64,000 nt of DNA from contig JAJZWV010000004.1 in the NCBI GenBank assembly GCA_021846505.1, positions 4,074-68,073 of the forward strand, written 5' to 3'. Every line of letters starts with the position of its first letter. The first letter of the stretch is position 1. Both the position numbers and the translations under genes were made by a program. Of this stretch, positions 24,841-35,957 are shown piece by piece. Under the pieces are notes generated by a model. That model worked only from the letters and a program-made list of their open reading frames with translations, made no database searches and was not told where the DNA came from. The DNA comes from Bacillota bacterium (GTDB lineage: Bacteria; Bacillota; Sulfobacillia; Sulfobacillales; JAIMBI01).

Positions 24841-25121
24841 GGACCGTTCATGACGTGTTGGTGCGGCCCATTATCACCGAAGCCAGCACGGACGCTCTGC
24901 AGCTGAACAAGTACACCTTTGAAGTGGCCGATTGGGCGACCAAGATTCAGGTGCGTGAAGCTGTGGAAGAGATTTTCAAGGTTCGCGTGGTCAAGGTCAA
25001 CACGATTTGGACTCCGGGCAAAGAGCGCCGCCGCGGCCGGGTGACCTACCGCCGGCCGGATCGCAAGAAAGCCATTGTCACGCTGGTGCCCGGCGACACC
25101 ATCGAGGTGTTCACCCAGTAA
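24837..25121 (+). CDS. rplW: 50S ribosomal protein L23
   Basis: [51 protein letters not shown]; ATGA overlap with rplD. Confidence 0.97.
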   Translation: MRTVHDVLVRPIITEASTDALQLNKYTFEVADWATKIQVREAVEEIFKVRVVKVNTIWTPGKERRRGRVTYRRPDRKKAIVTLVPGDTIEVFTQ

Positions 25122-25164
25122 GGTTCCGGGCGCTCGCCAAAGTACGCGGAAGGAGGCACCAGCG

Positions 25165-25998
25165 ATGCCCGTGAAGAAAATGAAGCCCACCTCACCGGGG
25201 CTGCGCCAGATGACGGTGGCAGACTTTTCGGCACTGACCAAAAAAGAGCCAGAAAAGTCGCTGACGGAGCCCTTGCCCAAGAAGGCTGGGCGCAATGCGC
25301 AGGGACGCATTGCCGTGCGGCACCGGGGAGGCGGACACAAGCGCCTCTACCGGAAGATTGACTTCAAGCGCCAGAAAGAAGGCGTGCCCGCACGCGTGAT
25401 TGCGCTGGAGTACGACCCCAACCGCAGTGCGCGGATTGCGCTCTTGCGCTATGCCGACGGCGAGAAAAGTTACATTTTGGCGCCGGTGGGGTTGAAGGTG
25501 GGCGATGAGGTGAGCGCGGGCGCCGGCTCGGACATCAAGCCGGGCAATGCCATGCAGCTGGCGGACCTCCCCGTGGGCACGGTCATCCACAACATTGAGC
25601 TGGAGCCGGGCCGCGGGGGAGCGATGGTGCGCTCGGCCGGGGTGGGGGCTCAGCTGATGGCTAAGGAAGGGGCCTACGCCCTCCTGCGCCTGCCGTCGGG
25701 GGAACTGCGCCGGGTGTTGGCCCGGTGCCGGGCCACGGTGGGCCAAGTGGGAAACCCCGAGCATGAAAACATCAACCTCGGCAAGGCCGGCCGCAGCCGG
25801 CACCTGGGACGCCGCCCCTCGGTGCGGGGGGTGGCGATGAACCCGGTGGACCACCCGCATGGCGGCGGCGAGGGCAAGTCCCCGATTGGGCACAAGCATC
25901 CGCTGACGCCCTGGGGCAAGCCAGCGCTGGGTGTCAAGACGCGGGCCAAGCACAAGCGGTCGGATCGGCTGATTGTGCGGCGACGGAAGCACCGCTGA
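25165..25998 (+). CDS. rplB: 50S ribosomal protein L2
   Basis: [15 protein letters not shown]...[11 protein letters not shown]...[16 protein letters not shown]; AGGAGG SD before ATG 25165. Confidence 0.98.
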   Translation: MPVKKMKPTSPGLRQMTVADFSALTKKEPEKSLTEPLPKKAGRNAQGRIAVRHRGGGHKRLYRKIDFKRQKEGVPARVIALEYDPNRSARIALLRYADGEKSYILAPVGLKVGDEVSAGAGSDIKPGNAMQLADLPVGTVIHNIELEPGRGGAMVRSAGVGAQLMAKEGAYALLRLPSGELRRVLARCRATVGQVGNPEHENINLGKAGRSRHLGRRPSVRGVAMNPVDHPHGGGEGKSPIGHKHPLTPWGKPALGVKTRAKHKRSDRLIVRRRKHR

Positions 25999-26074
25999 GC
26001 GTGAGGGCGAGGCGAAGCCGTTCCGTCGTGAAGTAGACGCAAAGGAGAAGCAGGAGAAGCAAAGGAGGGACGCG

Positions 26075-26359
26075 ATGAGTCGCTCGGTCAAGAAAGGACC
26101 GTTTGTGCAGGCGGCGCTTCTGGTCAAAGTGCGAGCGCTGAATGCGAAGAATGAGAAGCGGGTGATTCGCACCTGGTCTCGAGCGTCCACCATTCTGCCG
26201 GAGATGGTGGGGCACACGATAGCGGTGCACAACGGCCGACAGCATGTGCCGGTGTATCTCACGGAGGACATGGTGGGCCACAAGCTGGGGGAATTTGCCC
26301 CGACGCGCACCTTTAAGGGTCATGGCGACCGGACCGAGCGGTCCAGCGCTCTCAAGTAA
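26075..26359 (+). CDS. rpsS: 30S ribosomal protein S19
   Basis: [12 protein letters not shown]...[38 protein letters not shown]; AAAGGAGGG SD. Confidence 0.98.
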   Translation: MSRSVKKGPFVQAALLVKVRALNAKNEKRVIRTWSRASTILPEMVGHTIAVHNGRQHVPVYLTEDMVGHKLGEFAPTRTFKGHGDRTERSSALK

Positions 26360-26366
26360 GGCGGGG

Positions 26367-26747
26367 ATGAACGTGGCGGACCGAGCAAACCGGCTGGAGG
26401 CCGAGGAGGCGACCGCGCGGGCGACCGTGCGGCATGTGCGCATCAGCCCGCGCAAGGTGCGCATCGTGGTGGATCTGGTGCGGGGCAAGTCGGTGGCGGA
26501 CGCGGTCGCCATCTTGCGGCACACGCCCAAGCACGCCTCGCGCAGTGTCCTGAAGTTGATCGAGAGCGCAGCGGCCAACGCGGAAAACAATCACGCGATG
26601 AACCGGCGGAGCCTCTATGTCTCGGAGATTTGGGCGGACGGCGGGCCGACGCTCAAGCGGATGCACCCCCGCTCGCGGGGGCAGGCGTTTCAGATTTTGA
26701 AGCGGACCAGTCACATTTCGGTGGTGCTGCGCGAGCGGGACCGCTAG
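26367..26747 (+). CDS. rplV: 50S ribosomal protein L22
   Basis: [58 protein letters not shown]. Confidence 0.97.
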   Translation: MNVADRANRLEAEEATARATVRHVRISPRKVRIVVDLVRGKSVADAVAILRHTPKHASRSVLKLIESAAANAENNHAMNRRSLYVSEIWADGGPTLKRMHPRSRGQAFQILKRTSHISVVLRERDR

Positions 26748-26764
26748 CGGAGAGGGGGCCGATT

Positions 26765-27451
26765 GTGGGACAGAAGGTACATCCGAAGGGGTTTCGCCTG
26801 GGCATCGTGAAGGAGTGGGATTCGCGCTGGTACGGCACGCGCAAGACGACGCCGGACCTGCTGGTGGAGGACCGCTCGATTCGCCTGCACATCAAGAGCC
26901 GGCACAAGAATGCCGGAATCAGCCGGGTGGAAATTGAGCGGGGGGCATCGAACCGGCTTAGGGTCACGGTGCACACCGGCAAGCCCGGCATGGTGATTGG
27001 CAAGGGCGGTGTCGGCGTGGAGGCGCTCCGCAAGCAGCTGGAGGCGCTGAGCCAAAAGCAAGTCAACCTGAATGTGGTGGAAGTTCGCAACTTGGAAACC
27101 GATGCCCAGCTGGTGGCCGAAAGTGTGGCCGCCCAGCTGGAAAAGCGGATTGCCTTTCGGCGGGCTATGCGGCAGGCGCTGCAGCGCGCCATGCGGCAAA
27201 ACGCCAAGGGCATCAAGATTGCGGTGGCCGGCCGCCTCGGCGGTGCGGACATTGCGCGCCGCGAGTGGCAGTGGGACGGCTCCATTCCCCTGCACACACT
27301 CCGGGCGGACATTGACTACGGGTTTGCCGAGGCGCACACCACCTACGGCATCATTGGCGTGAAAGTGTGGATTTACAAGGGACAGGTGCTGCCGGGTCAG
27401 GTCCGGCGCCGGCCAGCGCCGGACTTGGGCAGCGGAGGAGGCGGACGCTAG
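26765..27451 (+). CDS. rpsC: 30S ribosomal protein S3
   Basis: [23 protein letters not shown]...; GTG 26765 after GGAGAGGGGG; short basic/Gly C-terminal tail. Confidence 0.97.
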   Translation: MGQKVHPKGFRLGIVKEWDSRWYGTRKTTPDLLVEDRSIRLHIKSRHKNAGISRVEIERGASNRLRVTVHTGKPGMVIGKGGVGVEALRKQLEALSQKQVNLNVVEVRNLETDAQLVAESVAAQLEKRIAFRRAMRQALQRAMRQNAKGIKIAVAGRLGGADIARREWQWDGSIPLHTLRADIDYGFAEAHTTYGIIGVKVWIYKGQVLPGQVRRRPAPDLGSGGGGR

Positions 27452-27889
27452 ATGCTGGCACCTAAGCGGACTAAGTTCCGAAAGCAGCACCGGGGCAACC
27501 GCCGCGGCAAGGCGCTGCGGGGCAACAAGGTGTCATTCGGCGAGTATGGGCTGCGGGCTTTGGAAAACGCGTGGATTTCGGACCGGCAAATCGAGGCCGC
27601 GCGTGTGGCCATGACGCGGCACGTGCGCCGCGGCGGCCAAGTGTGGATCACGATTTTCCCGGATAAGCCGGTCACCAAAAAGCCAGCCGAAACGCGGATG
27701 GGCAGCGGGAAAGGCAACCCGGAATACTGGGTGGCCGTCGTGAAGCCCGGCCGCATCATGTTTGAGATGGCGGGCGTGTCGGAAGCCGTGGCCAAGGAGG
27801 CTATGCGGCTCGCGGGGCACAAGCTGCCGATTCGCACCGAGTTTGTGGTGCGGCCGGCGACGGAGGTGGCAGCGGATGAAGCCAAATGA
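27452..27889 (+). CDS. rplP: 50S ribosomal protein L16
   Basis: [19 protein letters not shown]...[25 protein letters not shown]. Confidence 0.98.
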   Translation: MLAPKRTKFRKQHRGNRRGKALRGNKVSFGEYGLRALENAWISDRQIEAARVAMTRHVRRGGQVWITIFPDKPVTKKPAETRMGSGKGNPEYWVAVVKPGRIMFEMAGVSEAVAKEAMRLAGHKLPIRTEFVVRPATEVAADEAK

Positions 27890-28073
27890 AGTGCGCGGGC
27901 TGTCCGACGAGGAGCTGCACGACAAGCTCCGCGAGCTGAAAAGCGAGCTGTTTAACCTTCGGTTTCAGATTGCCACCATGAAGCTGGAGAACCCCATGCG
28001 GGTCCGCCAGGTGAAGAAGGATATCGCCCGGGTGCACACGATCCTGACCGAGCGGGCCCAGGGGATTCGGTGA
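27876..28073 (+). CDS. rpmC: 50S ribosomal protein L29
   Basis: [53 protein letters not shown]; overlaps the rplP 3' end. Confidence 0.96.
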   Translation: MKPNEVRGLSDEELHDKLRELKSELFNLRFQIATMKLENPMRVRQVKKDIARVHTILTERAQGIR

Positions 28074-28098
28074 GCATAAAGGAGGTGGCAGGAAGCTA

Positions 28099-28389
28099 GT
28101 GGCGGAGCAAGAGGCAAAGCCCACGGCGGTGCGCCGCTATGGGGGCCGCAAGGTGCGGGTCGGCCAAGTGGTGAGCGACAAGATGGACAAAACGGTGGTG
28201 GTGGCCGTCGAGCGGCTGACCCCCCACCCGCTGTACAAGCGGCGCATTCGGCGGACCACGCGGCTGAAGGCACACGACGCGGACAATGCGTGCCGCGTGG
28301 GAGACCAGGTGCGGGTGGTAGAGACCCGGCCGCTGTCGAAAGACAAGCACTGGCGCGTGGTGGAGATTATCTCCCGCGCCGAGGAATAG
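28099..28389 (+). CDS. rpsQ: 30S ribosomal protein S17
   Basis: [44 protein letters not shown]...DKHWRVVEI. Confidence 0.97.
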   Translation: MAEQEAKPTAVRRYGGRKVRVGQVVSDKMDKTVVVAVERLTPHPLYKRRIRRTTRLKAHDADNACRVGDQVRVVETRPLSKDKHWRVVEIISRAEE

Positions 28390-28456
28390 CCACCCGCCCC
28401 ACGCAAGTTCGGGGGGGGGAGGCATCAGAGGAGTCAGGGCAACTAGGAGGTACGAG

Positions 28457-28825
28457 GTGATTCAACCGCAGACGCGGCTTTCGGTGGCGGACAACACCGG
28501 GGCCAAAGAGATCATGTGCATCCGCGTGCTGGGCGGCTCCTTTCGGCGCTACGGGAACATCGGCGATGTGATTGTGGCGTCGGTCAAGTCAGCCAGCCCG
28601 GGCGGCATGGTCAAAAAAGGCGACGTGGTGAAGGCCGTCATCGTGCGCACCAAAACCGGCGCGCACCGCACCGACGGGTCCCGCATTCGCTTCGACGAGA
28701 ATGCGGCGGTGATTCTGCGCGACGAGCATGAGCCGCGCGGCACCCGCATCTTTGGACCCGTGGCGCGCGAGTTGCGCGAGCGCGAGTTCATGAAGATTAT
28801 TTCGTTGGCGCCGGAAGTGCTGTAG
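28457..28825 (+). CDS. rplN: 50S ribosomal protein L14
   Basis: (V)[27 protein letters not shown]...; 122 aa. Confidence 0.98.
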   Translation: MIQPQTRLSVADNTGAKEIMCIRVLGGSFRRYGNIGDVIVASVKSASPGGMVKKGDVVKAVIVRTKTGAHRTDGSRIRFDENAAVILRDEHEPRGTRIFGPVARELREREFMKIISLAPEVL

Positions 28826-28836
28826 GAGGAGTCGGC

Positions 28837-29130
28837 GTGCGAGTAAAGCGAGGCGACACCGTCCAAGTCATCACCGGCAAGGACCGGGGCAAGCGCGGGA
28901 AGATCGTCAAAAGCATTCCTAAGGAAGAGCGTGTGGTGGTGGAGAAGGTCCACCTGATTAAGCGCCACACCAAAGGCACCGGCATCGTGACCCGAGAGGC
29001 GCCGATTCACGTGTCCAACGTGATGATCGTGTGCCGGCACTGCAAGAAGCCGACGCGGGTGGGCATGACCTTTACCGCCGAGGGCAAGAAGCAGCGCACC
29101 TGCAAGCGGTGCGGCCAGGCCCTCGATTGA
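28837..29130 (+). CDS. rplX: 50S ribosomal protein L24
   Basis: [44 protein letters not shown] (KOW motif). Confidence 0.96.
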   Translation: MRVKRGDTVQVITGKDRGKRGKIVKSIPKEERVVVEKVHLIKRHTKGTGIVTREAPIHVSNVMIVCRHCKKPTRVGMTFTAEGKKQRTCKRCGQALD

Positions 29131-29185
29131 GTGTTGGCCAGAGCGGCGACCGTTGGAGCCGGAGCGGGAAAGGAGGGGCGGGACC

Positions 29186-29737
29186 ATGGGCATTGAATCA
29201 GCGCTGAAAGACACGTATGACACGGAAATTGCGGCGGCGCTGCGCGAGCGCTTTCACTACAAGAACGCGCTGGAAGTGCCGCGCTTGGTCAAGGTCACCG
29301 TGAACATGGGTGTGGGCGATGCGATTGGCAACCCGAAGCTGCTGGACGCGGCGGTGGCGGATTTGACGGCCATTGCGGGTCAGCGGCCGGTCGTGACGCG
29401 GGCCAAGAAGTCTGTAGCCTCGTTCAAGGTGCGGAAGGGGATGGCCATCGGCTGCAAGGTGACGCTGCGCGGCCAGCGCATGTATGACTTTGTGGAGCGG
29501 CTATTTTTCACGGCGCTGCCGCGGGTGCGGGACTTCCGGGGGATTTCCACGGCATGCTTTGACGGGCGCGGCAACTTGACGCTGGGTCTGAAGGAGCAGC
29601 TGATTTTCCCGGAGATTGACTACGACAAAGTCGAAAAGGTGCGGGGCATGGATGTGACCATCGTCACGTCGGCCGCGACGGATGAAGAGGGCGAGGAGCT
29701 ACTGCGGCGGCTCGGCATGCCGTTCGTCCAGAGCTAG
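29186..29737 (+). CDS. rplE: 50S ribosomal protein L5
   Basis: [40 protein letters not shown]...; AAAGGAGGGG SD before ATG 29186. Confidence 0.97.
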   Translation: MGIESALKDTYDTEIAAALRERFHYKNALEVPRLVKVTVNMGVGDAIGNPKLLDAAVADLTAIAGQRPVVTRAKKSVASFKVRKGMAIGCKVTLRGQRMYDFVERLFFTALPRVRDFRGISTACFDGRGNLTLGLKEQLIFPEIDYDKVEKVRGMDVTIVTSAATDEEGEELLRRLGMPFVQS

Positions 29738-29766
29738 CGCCGCGGGCCAAACAGAGGAGGAGAAGC

Positions 29767-29952
29767 GTGGCAAGAAAGTCCCTGATCGCCAAGGCCAAGC
29801 GCACCCCGAAGTACAAGGTGCGGGGCTATCACCGGTGCGGGATTTGCGGGCGGCCCCGTGGGTACCTGCGAGATTTCGGGCTGTGCCGGCTGTGCTTTCG
29901 GGAGCTGGCCCACAAGGGTGAGATTCCGGGCGTCAGAAAGGCAAGTTGGTGA
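29767..29952 (+). CDS. rpsZ: 30S ribosomal protein S14, type Z (zinc-binding)
   Basis: 61 aa; [38 protein letters not shown] with CxxC...CxxC. Confidence 0.97.
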   Translation: MARKSLIAKAKRTPKYKVRGYHRCGICGRPRGYLRDFGLCRLCFRELAHKGEIPGVRKASW

Positions 29953-29957
29953 TTGAC

Positions 29958-30371
29958 ATGGCAAGACGAGGCACAGTGGTCAACGACCCGATAGCGGACA
30001 TGCTGACGCGGATTCGGAATGCCAACACGGTGTACCGCGACCACGTCGACGTGCCTTCCTCTCGGGTAAAGAAGGCAGTGGCTCAGATTCTCAAGGCCGA
30101 AGGGTTTATCCGCGAAGTGGAGCTGTTGGCGAATGACCACCAAGGCACGCTCCGGCTGTACCTGAAGTACGGCGCCAAGCGCGAGCGCGTCATCACGGGT
30201 CTCCGGCGGATTTCCAAGCCAGGGCTCCGGGTGTACGCTCCCCATGACGAGCTGCCGCGGGTGCTGGGGGGATTGGGCATTGCGCTGGTGTCGACGTCGC
30301 ACGGCATTATGACCGATCGGACGGCACGCCAGCAGCACGTGGGCGGCGAGGTGCTGGCCTACATCTGGTAG
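29958..30371 (+). CDS. rpsH: 30S ribosomal protein S8
   Basis: [18 protein letters not shown]...[11 protein letters not shown]; start uncertain (ATG 29958 vs TTG 29946 or GTG 29949). Confidence 0.95.
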   Translation: MARRGTVVNDPIADMLTRIRNANTVYRDHVDVPSSRVKKAVAQILKAEGFIREVELLANDHQGTLRLYLKYGAKRERVITGLRRISKPGLRVYAPHDELPRVLGGLGIALVSTSHGIMTDRTARQQHVGGEVLAYIW

Positions 30372-30407
30372 CGGAGCCACACAACCAGAACCGGAAGGAG
30401 AACGCAC

Positions 30408-30953
30408 ATGTCACGGGTTGGAAAGCTGCCAATTGCCATCCCGGCGGGGGTGAGCATCACGCTGGAGGGGCGCACGGTGTCGGTCTCAGGACCGGCGGGG
30501 CAGTTGGCCCGCACCTTGAACCCCGAAGTGGAAGTGGTGGTGGAGGCGGGCCAGGTAGTGGTGAAGCCCGTGGGCGACCCCGAGGAAAAGCGCGTGCGCT
30601 CTCAGTGGGGCCTGTCACGGTCGCTGGTCGCCAACATGGTTCAGGGGGTGTCGAGCGGATTTCAGAAAACCTTGGAGCTTTCAGGCGTAGGCTACCGCGC
30701 CAGCCGCCAAGGGCCAGAGCTGGTGCTGACGGTGGGATATTCCCATCCCGTTCGCATCACTCCGCCGGCGGGCCTGGAGGTCGAGGTGCCGTCCCCCACG
30801 GTGGTGGTGGTGAAGGGCCGCGACAAGGAGGCCGTCGGCGCGCTGGCGGCCCGCATTCGATCGGTGCGCCCGCCTGAGCCGTATAAGGGCAAGGGCATCA
30901 AGTATCAAGGGGAGCGCGTCCGCCGCAAGGTGGGGAAGACGGGCAAGAAGTAG
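30408..30953 (+). CDS. rplF: 50S ribosomal protein L6
   Basis: [31 protein letters not shown]...[25 protein letters not shown]. Confidence 0.98.
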   Translation: MSRVGKLPIAIPAGVSITLEGRTVSVSGPAGQLARTLNPEVEVVVEAGQVVVKPVGDPEEKRVRSQWGLSRSLVANMVQGVSSGFQKTLELSGVGYRASRQGPELVLTVGYSHPVRITPPAGLEVEVPSPTVVVVKGRDKEAVGALAARIRSVRPPEPYKGKGIKYQGERVRRKVGKTGKK

Positions 30954-31001
30954 CTCGCCGCAGGCAGATGCCAGCGGCCGGCAGGGAGAAGAGGGGCTAA
31001 C

Positions 31002-31367
31002 GTGTACAAGCGCTATGACAGGAACGCGGCTCGAAAGCGCCGCCATCTGCGAGTTCGCTCCAAGGTGGTGGGGACGCCGGTGCGCCCGCGCCTTAATGTC
31101 TTTCGGTCCAACCAGCACATTTACGCCCAGGTGATTGACGACGCAGCCGGGGTAACCCTGGCGGCCGCCAGCACCCTGGACGCCGCCATCAAAGGGCTGG
31201 AGGGCGGCTTGACCGTCGCCAAGGCCCAGGCGGTGGGGCGCTTGGTGGGCCAGCGGGCCAAAGAGCGCGGCGTGGAGCACGTGGTGTTTGACCGCGGGGG
31301 CTATCTGTATCACGGCCGGGTCAAAGCGGTGGCCGACGGCGCGCGAGAGGCCGGACTTAACTTTTAG
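31002..31367 (+). CDS. rplR: 50S ribosomal protein L18
   Basis: [37 protein letters not shown]...[28 protein letters not shown]. Confidence 0.97.
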   Translation: MYKRYDRNAARKRRHLRVRSKVVGTPVRPRLNVFRSNQHIYAQVIDDAAGVTLAAASTLDAAIKGLEGGLTVAKAQAVGRLVGQRAKERGVEHVVFDRGGYLYHGRVKAVADGAREAGLNF

Positions 31368-31399
31368 CGCAGAGCCAGCGAGCAGCCAAAGGAGGCACC

Positions 31400-31945
31400 A
31401 TGGCGAGACAGGACGGACCCCGGCGCGACCGAGGCGACCGAGCAGAGAGTGAGTTTAAGGAGCGAGTCGTGTCGATCAACCGCGTGGCCAAAGTGGTCAT
31501 GGGCGGGCGGCGCTTCAGCTTCAGCGTGGTAGTAGTGGTGGGCGACGAGAAGGGCCGCGTGGGCGCGGGCTTGGGCAAAGCCGCCGAGATTCCGGAGGCG
31601 ATTCGCAAGGGCATTGAAGATGCGAAGAAGCACCTGGTGACCGTGCCGCGCGTCGGCAGCACCATTCCGCACCTCGTGGTGGGGGAGTTTGGCGCGGGAC
31701 GCGTGCTGCTGAAGCCCGCCGCCCCCGGCACCGGGGTGATTGCCGGCGGTGCCGTGCGCGCGGTGGTGGAGATGGCCGGCATCGAGGACATTCTGTCGAA
31801 GTCCCTCGGCTCCAAAAACCCCAACAATGTGGTGGGGGCGGCCATGAATGCCTTGCGCCAGCTGAAGGACGCTCGGTCGGTGGCGCGCCTGCGCGGCAAG
31901 ACCGTGGAAGAAGTGGGAGGTCGGCGCCATGCCGAGTCGACTTAA
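31400..31945 (+). CDS. rpsE: 30S ribosomal protein S5
   Basis: [51 protein letters not shown]. Confidence 0.98.
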   Translation: MARQDGPRRDRGDRAESEFKERVVSINRVAKVVMGGRRFSFSVVVVVGDEKGRVGAGLGKAAEIPEAIRKGIEDAKKHLVTVPRVGSTIPHLVVGEFGAGRVLLKPAAPGTGVIAGGAVRAVVEMAGIEDILSKSLGSKNPNNVVGAAMNALRQLKDARSVARLRGKTVEEVGGRRHAEST

Positions 31946-32174
31946 GATTACTCTGGTGCGAAGCCCGATCGGCTACCACCACGAGCAGAAGGACACAGTC
32001 AAGGCGCTGGGCCTGGGCAAGATGTGGCACACTGTTGAGAAAGACGACACGCCCGACATTCGAGGCATGGTGCATAAGGTGCGGCATTTGGTGTCGGTGG
32101 AGGCGGTAGAGACGGCGGAAGCAGCGCCGGCCCCGGCCAAAGCTCCACGGCGGCAGAAGGGAGACTCGGCATGA
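31929..32174 (+). CDS. rpmD: 50S ribosomal protein L30 with about 21-aa C-terminal tail
   Basis: [51 protein letters not shown] core, then [21 protein letters not shown]; ATGA overlap with rplO. Confidence 0.93.
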   Translation: MPSRLKITLVRSPIGYHHEQKDTVKALGLGKMWHTVEKDDTPDIRGMVHKVRHLVSVEAVETAEAAPAPAKAPRRQKGDSA

Positions 32175-32608
32175 GATTGCACGACTTGAAATCGACCCCC
32201 GGGGCGCGGGTGCGCCGCACGCGGCGCGGGCGGGGCTTGGGCTCCGGCTTGGGCAAAACCTCAGGCCGAGGCTCCAAGGGCCAAAACGCCCGCAGCGGCG
32301 GCGGTGTCCGCCCCGGCTTTGAAGGCGGCCAGATGCCCTTGATTCGGCGTCTGCCCATGCGCGGGTTCCAAAACCCGTTCCGCGTGGAGTATGAAGTGGT
32401 CAATGTGGGTCAGCTCAATGAGTTTCCGGCGGGTACCGACGTGACGACGGACCTGCTGCGGGAGCGCCGGCTGGTGCGGCGGCCACTGCCCGTCAAGATT
32501 TTGGGCGAGGGCGACCTGGATCGGGCGCTGACGGTGCATGCCCAGAAGTTTTCGGGCACGGCGCGCTCGAAGATTGAAGCGGCACAAGGCCGCGCCGAGG
32601 TGGAGTAG
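32171..32608 (+). CDS. rplO: 50S ribosomal protein L15
   Basis: [57 protein letters not shown]. Confidence 0.98.
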   Translation: MRLHDLKSTPGARVRRTRRGRGLGSGLGKTSGRGSKGQNARSGGGVRPGFEGGQMPLIRRLPMRGFQNPFRVEYEVVNVGQLNEFPAGTDVTTDLLRERRLVRRPLPVKILGEGDLDRALTVHAQKFSGTARSKIEAAQGRAEVE

Positions 32609-33906
32609 TGGCGACGCGGCCCATGCAGACCGCGGGAATGCTGCGCGCCTTCCGCCAAAGCCAGCTGGGGCGGCGGCTGCTGATCACGCTGCTGGCGCTG
32701 GTGGTGTTTCGCCTGGGCGCCCACGTCGCGCTCCCGGGCGTGCATGCCTCGGTCATTCAGACGCTGTTCAACAGCAACACGACGATTTTTGCCCTGCTGA
32801 ACCTGTTTTCCGGAGGTGCCACCGCGACCTTGTCGCTGTTCGCGCTCAGCATCATCCCGTATATTGATGCCTCCATCATCATGCAGCTGATGACCGTGGT
32901 CATCCCCAAGGTGGAAGAATGGTCGAAAGAAGGCGAGGAGGGCCAGCGCCACATCACGCTGTACACGCGGTGGGGCACGCTGGTGCTGGGCGCGCTGCAG
33001 TCGGCGGGGGTAGCGTACTATCTCTCGCACTACAGCTCGGGAGGCGTGCCCGCGTTTGCCCATCCGGGACTGGGAGACCCCATCCTGACGGCGGCCCTGC
33101 TCACAATAGGCACGCTCATCCTGATGTGGGTCGGGGAGCAAATCACCGATAAGGGCATCGGCAACGGGATTTCGCTGCTGGTGTTTTTCGGCATCATTTC
33201 GCGCCTGCCGTTCACGGTCCGCCAGGTGCAGGCGTACCTCGCCGCCGGCGTCACGCCAACCATCGTGATCGTGCTGTTTTTGGTGGCGGCGGTGGTAATC
33301 ACCGGGGGCGTCATCTTTGTCAGCGAAGGCTATCGGCGCATCACGATCCAGTATCCCAAGCGGGTGGTTGGCCGCCGCATGTATCAGGGCGGCAGCACCC
33401 ACCTGCCGATTCGCGTCAACCAGGCGGGCGTGATTCCGGTCATTTTCGCCATCTCGCTGCTGTTTCTGCCTACGACGGTGGGGCAGTTCGTGAATCGGTC
33501 GTGGCTCACGTACCTGCAAACCAACTTCAGCTTCATCTCGGCGCCATATATTATCGTCGAGTTTCTGCTGGTGGTGGTGTTCACGTTTTTCTACACGCAG
33601 GTGATGTTCAAGCCGGACGACGTGGCCGACAACTTGAAAAAGGCCGGGGGGTTCATTCCCGGCATTCGGCCCGGCAAGCCCACGGCCGAGTACCTGGCCC
33701 GCATTAGCTACCGCCTCACCTGGGTGGGGGCGCTGTTTTTGGCCACCTTGTCGGTCATGCCCAGCTTTGTCACGATGGCCATCCCGGTGCAGTCGCTGTA
33801 TTTCGGCGGGACGTCGCTCCTCATCATTGTGATGGTGGCGCTGGACACGCTGAAGCAGATGCGGTCCCACCTGCTGATGCAAAACTATCGGGGGTTCATG
33901 GGATGA
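32608..33906 (+). CDS. secY: Preprotein translocase subunit SecY
   Basis: 432 aa, 10 TM; IIPYIDASIIMQLMTVVIP, GEQITDKGIGNGISLLVF, GGFIPGIRPGKPTAEYL. Confidence 0.98.
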   Translation: MATRPMQTAGMLRAFRQSQLGRRLLITLLALVVFRLGAHVALPGVHASVIQTLFNSNTTIFALLNLFSGGATATLSLFALSIIPYIDASIIMQLMTVVIPKVEEWSKEGEEGQRHITLYTRWGTLVLGALQSAGVAYYLSHYSSGGVPAFAHPGLGDPILTAALLTIGTLILMWVGEQITDKGIGNGISLLVFFGIISRLPFTVRQVQAYLAAGVTPTIVIVLFLVAAVVITGGVIFVSEGYRRITIQYPKRVVGRRMYQGGSTHLPIRVNQAGVIPVIFAISLLFLPTTVGQFVNRSWLTYLQTNFSFISAPYIIVEFLLVVVFTFFYTQVMFKPDDVADNLKKAGGFIPGIRPGKPTAEYLARISYRLTWVGALFLATLSVMPSFVTMAIPVQSLYFGGTSLLIIVMVALDTLKQMRSHLLMQNYRGFMG

Positions 33907-34568
33907 GCCGCACGGCACGCCGCATCATTCTGCTGGGCCCACCGGGAGCTGGCAAAGGCACCCAGGCAGAGCGCTTGGCCCGCCGGCTTCATGTCCCGCA
34001 TGTGTCGACAGGGGAGCTGTTTCGCCAGCATGTGGGCGGGCATACCCCGCTGGGCCAAGAGGCCGAGGCGTCCATGCGGCGGGGGGATTTGGTGCCCGAC
34101 GCGGTCACGCTGGGGATGGTGGCTGAGCGGCTGGCGGAGCCCGACGCCGTCGAGGGAGCCGTATTTGACGGCTTTCCCCGCACCACCGCGCAGGCCGAGG
34201 CGCTTGACCAGCTGTTGGCCGACCGCGGGCAGCGGCTGGAGGTGGCGGTGCTGCTGGAGGCGCCGCGGGAGGAGTTGGTGGAGCGCCTGACGGGGCGGCG
34301 GCTGTGCGGCGCCTGCCAAGCGACCTACCACGTGCGCTGGAGCCCGCCGGCCGTGCCGGGCCGGTGCGATCGCTGCGGCGGCGCCCTCATGGCGCGGCCC
34401 GATGACGAGGAGGCGACCGTGGTGCGCCGGCTCGAGGTTTATGACACGGAAACCCGGCCGCTGGTGGCTTACTATGCGGCGTCCGACCGCCTCCTCACCG
34501 TGGATGGACTCGGGTCCGTGGGCGACGTAGCCGCTCGCCTCGAGGAGGTGCTGGCGCCGCATGATTGA
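33903..34568 (+). CDS. adk: Adenylate kinase (Zn-lid type)
   Basis: LLGPPGAGKGTQAERLA P-loop; lid CGACQATYH...GRCDRCGG; ATGA overlap with secY. Confidence 0.97.
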   Translation: MSRTARRIILLGPPGAGKGTQAERLARRLHVPHVSTGELFRQHVGGHTPLGQEAEASMRRGDLVPDAVTLGMVAERLAEPDAVEGAVFDGFPRTTAQAEALDQLLADRGQRLEVAVLLEAPREELVERLTGRRLCGACQATYHVRWSPPAVPGRCDRCGGALMARPDDEEATVVRRLEVYDTETRPLVAYYAASDRLLTVDGLGSVGDVAARLEEVLAPHD

Positions 34569-35367
34569 GCTGAAGTCGCCGTCGGAGCGGGATGGGCTGA
34601 TTGAGGCGGGCCGGGTGGTGGCGGAGGTGCTGGCGCTGCTGCAGGCGGCCGTGCGTCCCGGGGTGTCCACCCGCGAGCTGGACCGACTGGCGGAGGCCGA
34701 GATTCGCCGCCGCGGTGCGGAGCCGGTGTTCAAGGGGTATCAGGTACACCCCAGCCAGCCGGCCTATCCGGCCAGCGTGTGTGTCTCCGTCAATGATGAG
34801 GTGGTTCATGGGATTCCGGGGCCGCGCCGCCTGAGTCCCGGCGATTTGGTGAGCTTGGATTTGGGCGCCCGCATTCACGGGATGGTGGGCGACGCGGCCG
34901 TGTCGGTGTTTTGCGAAGCCCCACCCAGTGAAACCGCGGCCCGCCTGCTGGCTGTGACGTCCGCGTCGCTGGAGGCCGGCGTTCGCGCCGCTGTGGCGGG
35001 CGGCCACATCGGCGACATCGGGGCGGCCGTGTCCGGCGTGGTGGAGCCGGAGGGCTTCGGGGTGGTGCGCGACTTTGTGGGCCACGGCGTGGGCCGCGCG
35101 ATGCACGAAGATCCCCAGGTGCCTAACTACGGGGTCGCGGGACGTGGGCCGCTCATCAAGACGGGCATGGCGCTGGCGATTGAGCCGATGGTCAACGCCG
35201 GCGACTGGCGGGTGGCGGTGCGGGACGACGGCTGGACCGTGGTGACGGCCGACCACAGTTTGTCGTGCCACTTTGAGCACAGCGTCTTTGTGGACGCGGA
35301 GGGCACCCGGGTGCTGACACGACTAGCCGAAAGTGGGTCAAACGCGGTACAATCAGCGAATGGGTAG
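34561..35367 (+). CDS. map: Type I methionine aminopeptidase
   Basis: CVSVNDEVVHGIP, DLGARIHGMVGD, FVGHGVGRAMHEDPQVPNY, AIEPMV, HFEHSV metal-ligand blocks. Confidence 0.97.
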   Translation: MIELKSPSERDGLIEAGRVVAEVLALLQAAVRPGVSTRELDRLAEAEIRRRGAEPVFKGYQVHPSQPAYPASVCVSVNDEVVHGIPGPRRLSPGDLVSLDLGARIHGMVGDAAVSVFCEAPPSETAARLLAVTSASLEAGVRAAVAGGHIGDIGAAVSGVVEPEGFGVVRDFVGHGVGRAMHEDPQVPNYGVAGRGPLIKTGMALAIEPMVNAGDWRVAVRDDGWTVVTADHSLSCHFEHSVFVDAEGTRVLTRLAESGSNAVQSANG

Positions 35368-35399
35368 CCCCGGCCGTGCGTGAGCGCGGCGGTGTGGTT

Positions 35400-35426
35400 C
35401 AAATATGCTGTCTCAGGGCATATTTG
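35400..35426. promoter_or_regulatory. AT-rich perfect inverted repeat in the map-infA spacer
   Basis: CAAATATGC (35400-35408), 9-nt loop, GCATATTTG (35418-35426); compositionally conspicuous in a GC-rich spacer. Confidence 0.4.
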
Positions 35427-35527
35427 GCAATGCGGGCAAGCCGGTCGGTCGGCGGATTGGGGCCAGATGATGACCCCGGGAAGACCACGGAAGAACCACG
35501 GGACGACCAAAGGAGACAGCGCGAATC

Positions 35528-35764
35528 GTGAAAGGGGGGACCGGATTGGGCAAGGATGATTCCATCGAGGTGGAGGGCACCGTGATTGAGCCGCTGCCAA
35601 ACGCCATGTTTCGGGTGGAGTTGGCTAACGGCCACAAAGTGCTCGCGCATGTGTCGGGCAAGATTCGCATGCACTTCATTCGCATTTTGGCGGGCGACAA
35701 GGTGACCGTTCAGCTGTCGCCATACGACTTGACCCGCGGGCGCATCACGTATCGATTCAAATAG
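35528..35764 (+). CDS. infA: Translation initiation factor IF-1
   Basis: [69 protein letters not shown]; GTG start. Confidence 0.96.
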   Translation: MKGGTGLGKDDSIEVEGTVIEPLPNAMFRVELANGHKVLAHVSGKIRMHFIRILAGDKVTVQLSPYDLTRGRITYRFK

Positions 35765-35808
35765 CGGCGGCCGCCCCATCAAGAACACGCACAGAAAGAA
35801 GGCGAGTC

Positions 35809-35922
35809 ATGAAGGTCCGAGCTTCGGTGAAGCCGATGTGTGAGAAGTGCAAAGTGCTGAAGCGGCACGGACGGGTCATCGTGATTTGTCCCAACCCGAA
35901 GCACAAGCAGGCCCAGGGCTAG
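35809..35922 (+). CDS. rpmJ: 50S ribosomal protein L36 (not in the ORF track, 37 aa)
   Basis: Hand translation: [37 protein letters not shown]; canonical position between infA and rpsM. Confidence 0.95.
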   Translation: MKVRASVKPMCEKCKVLKRHGRVIVICPNPKHKQAQG

Positions 35923-35957
35923 CCTGGGCGGCGAACTGACAGCAAAGGGGAGAGAGC

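Noticed and set aside
32410-33918. 502-aa minus-strand ORF antisense to secY
   Set aside because: Antisense shadow of a highly conserved gene. Composition is dominated by Arg/His/Gln/Gly and no motif is present.
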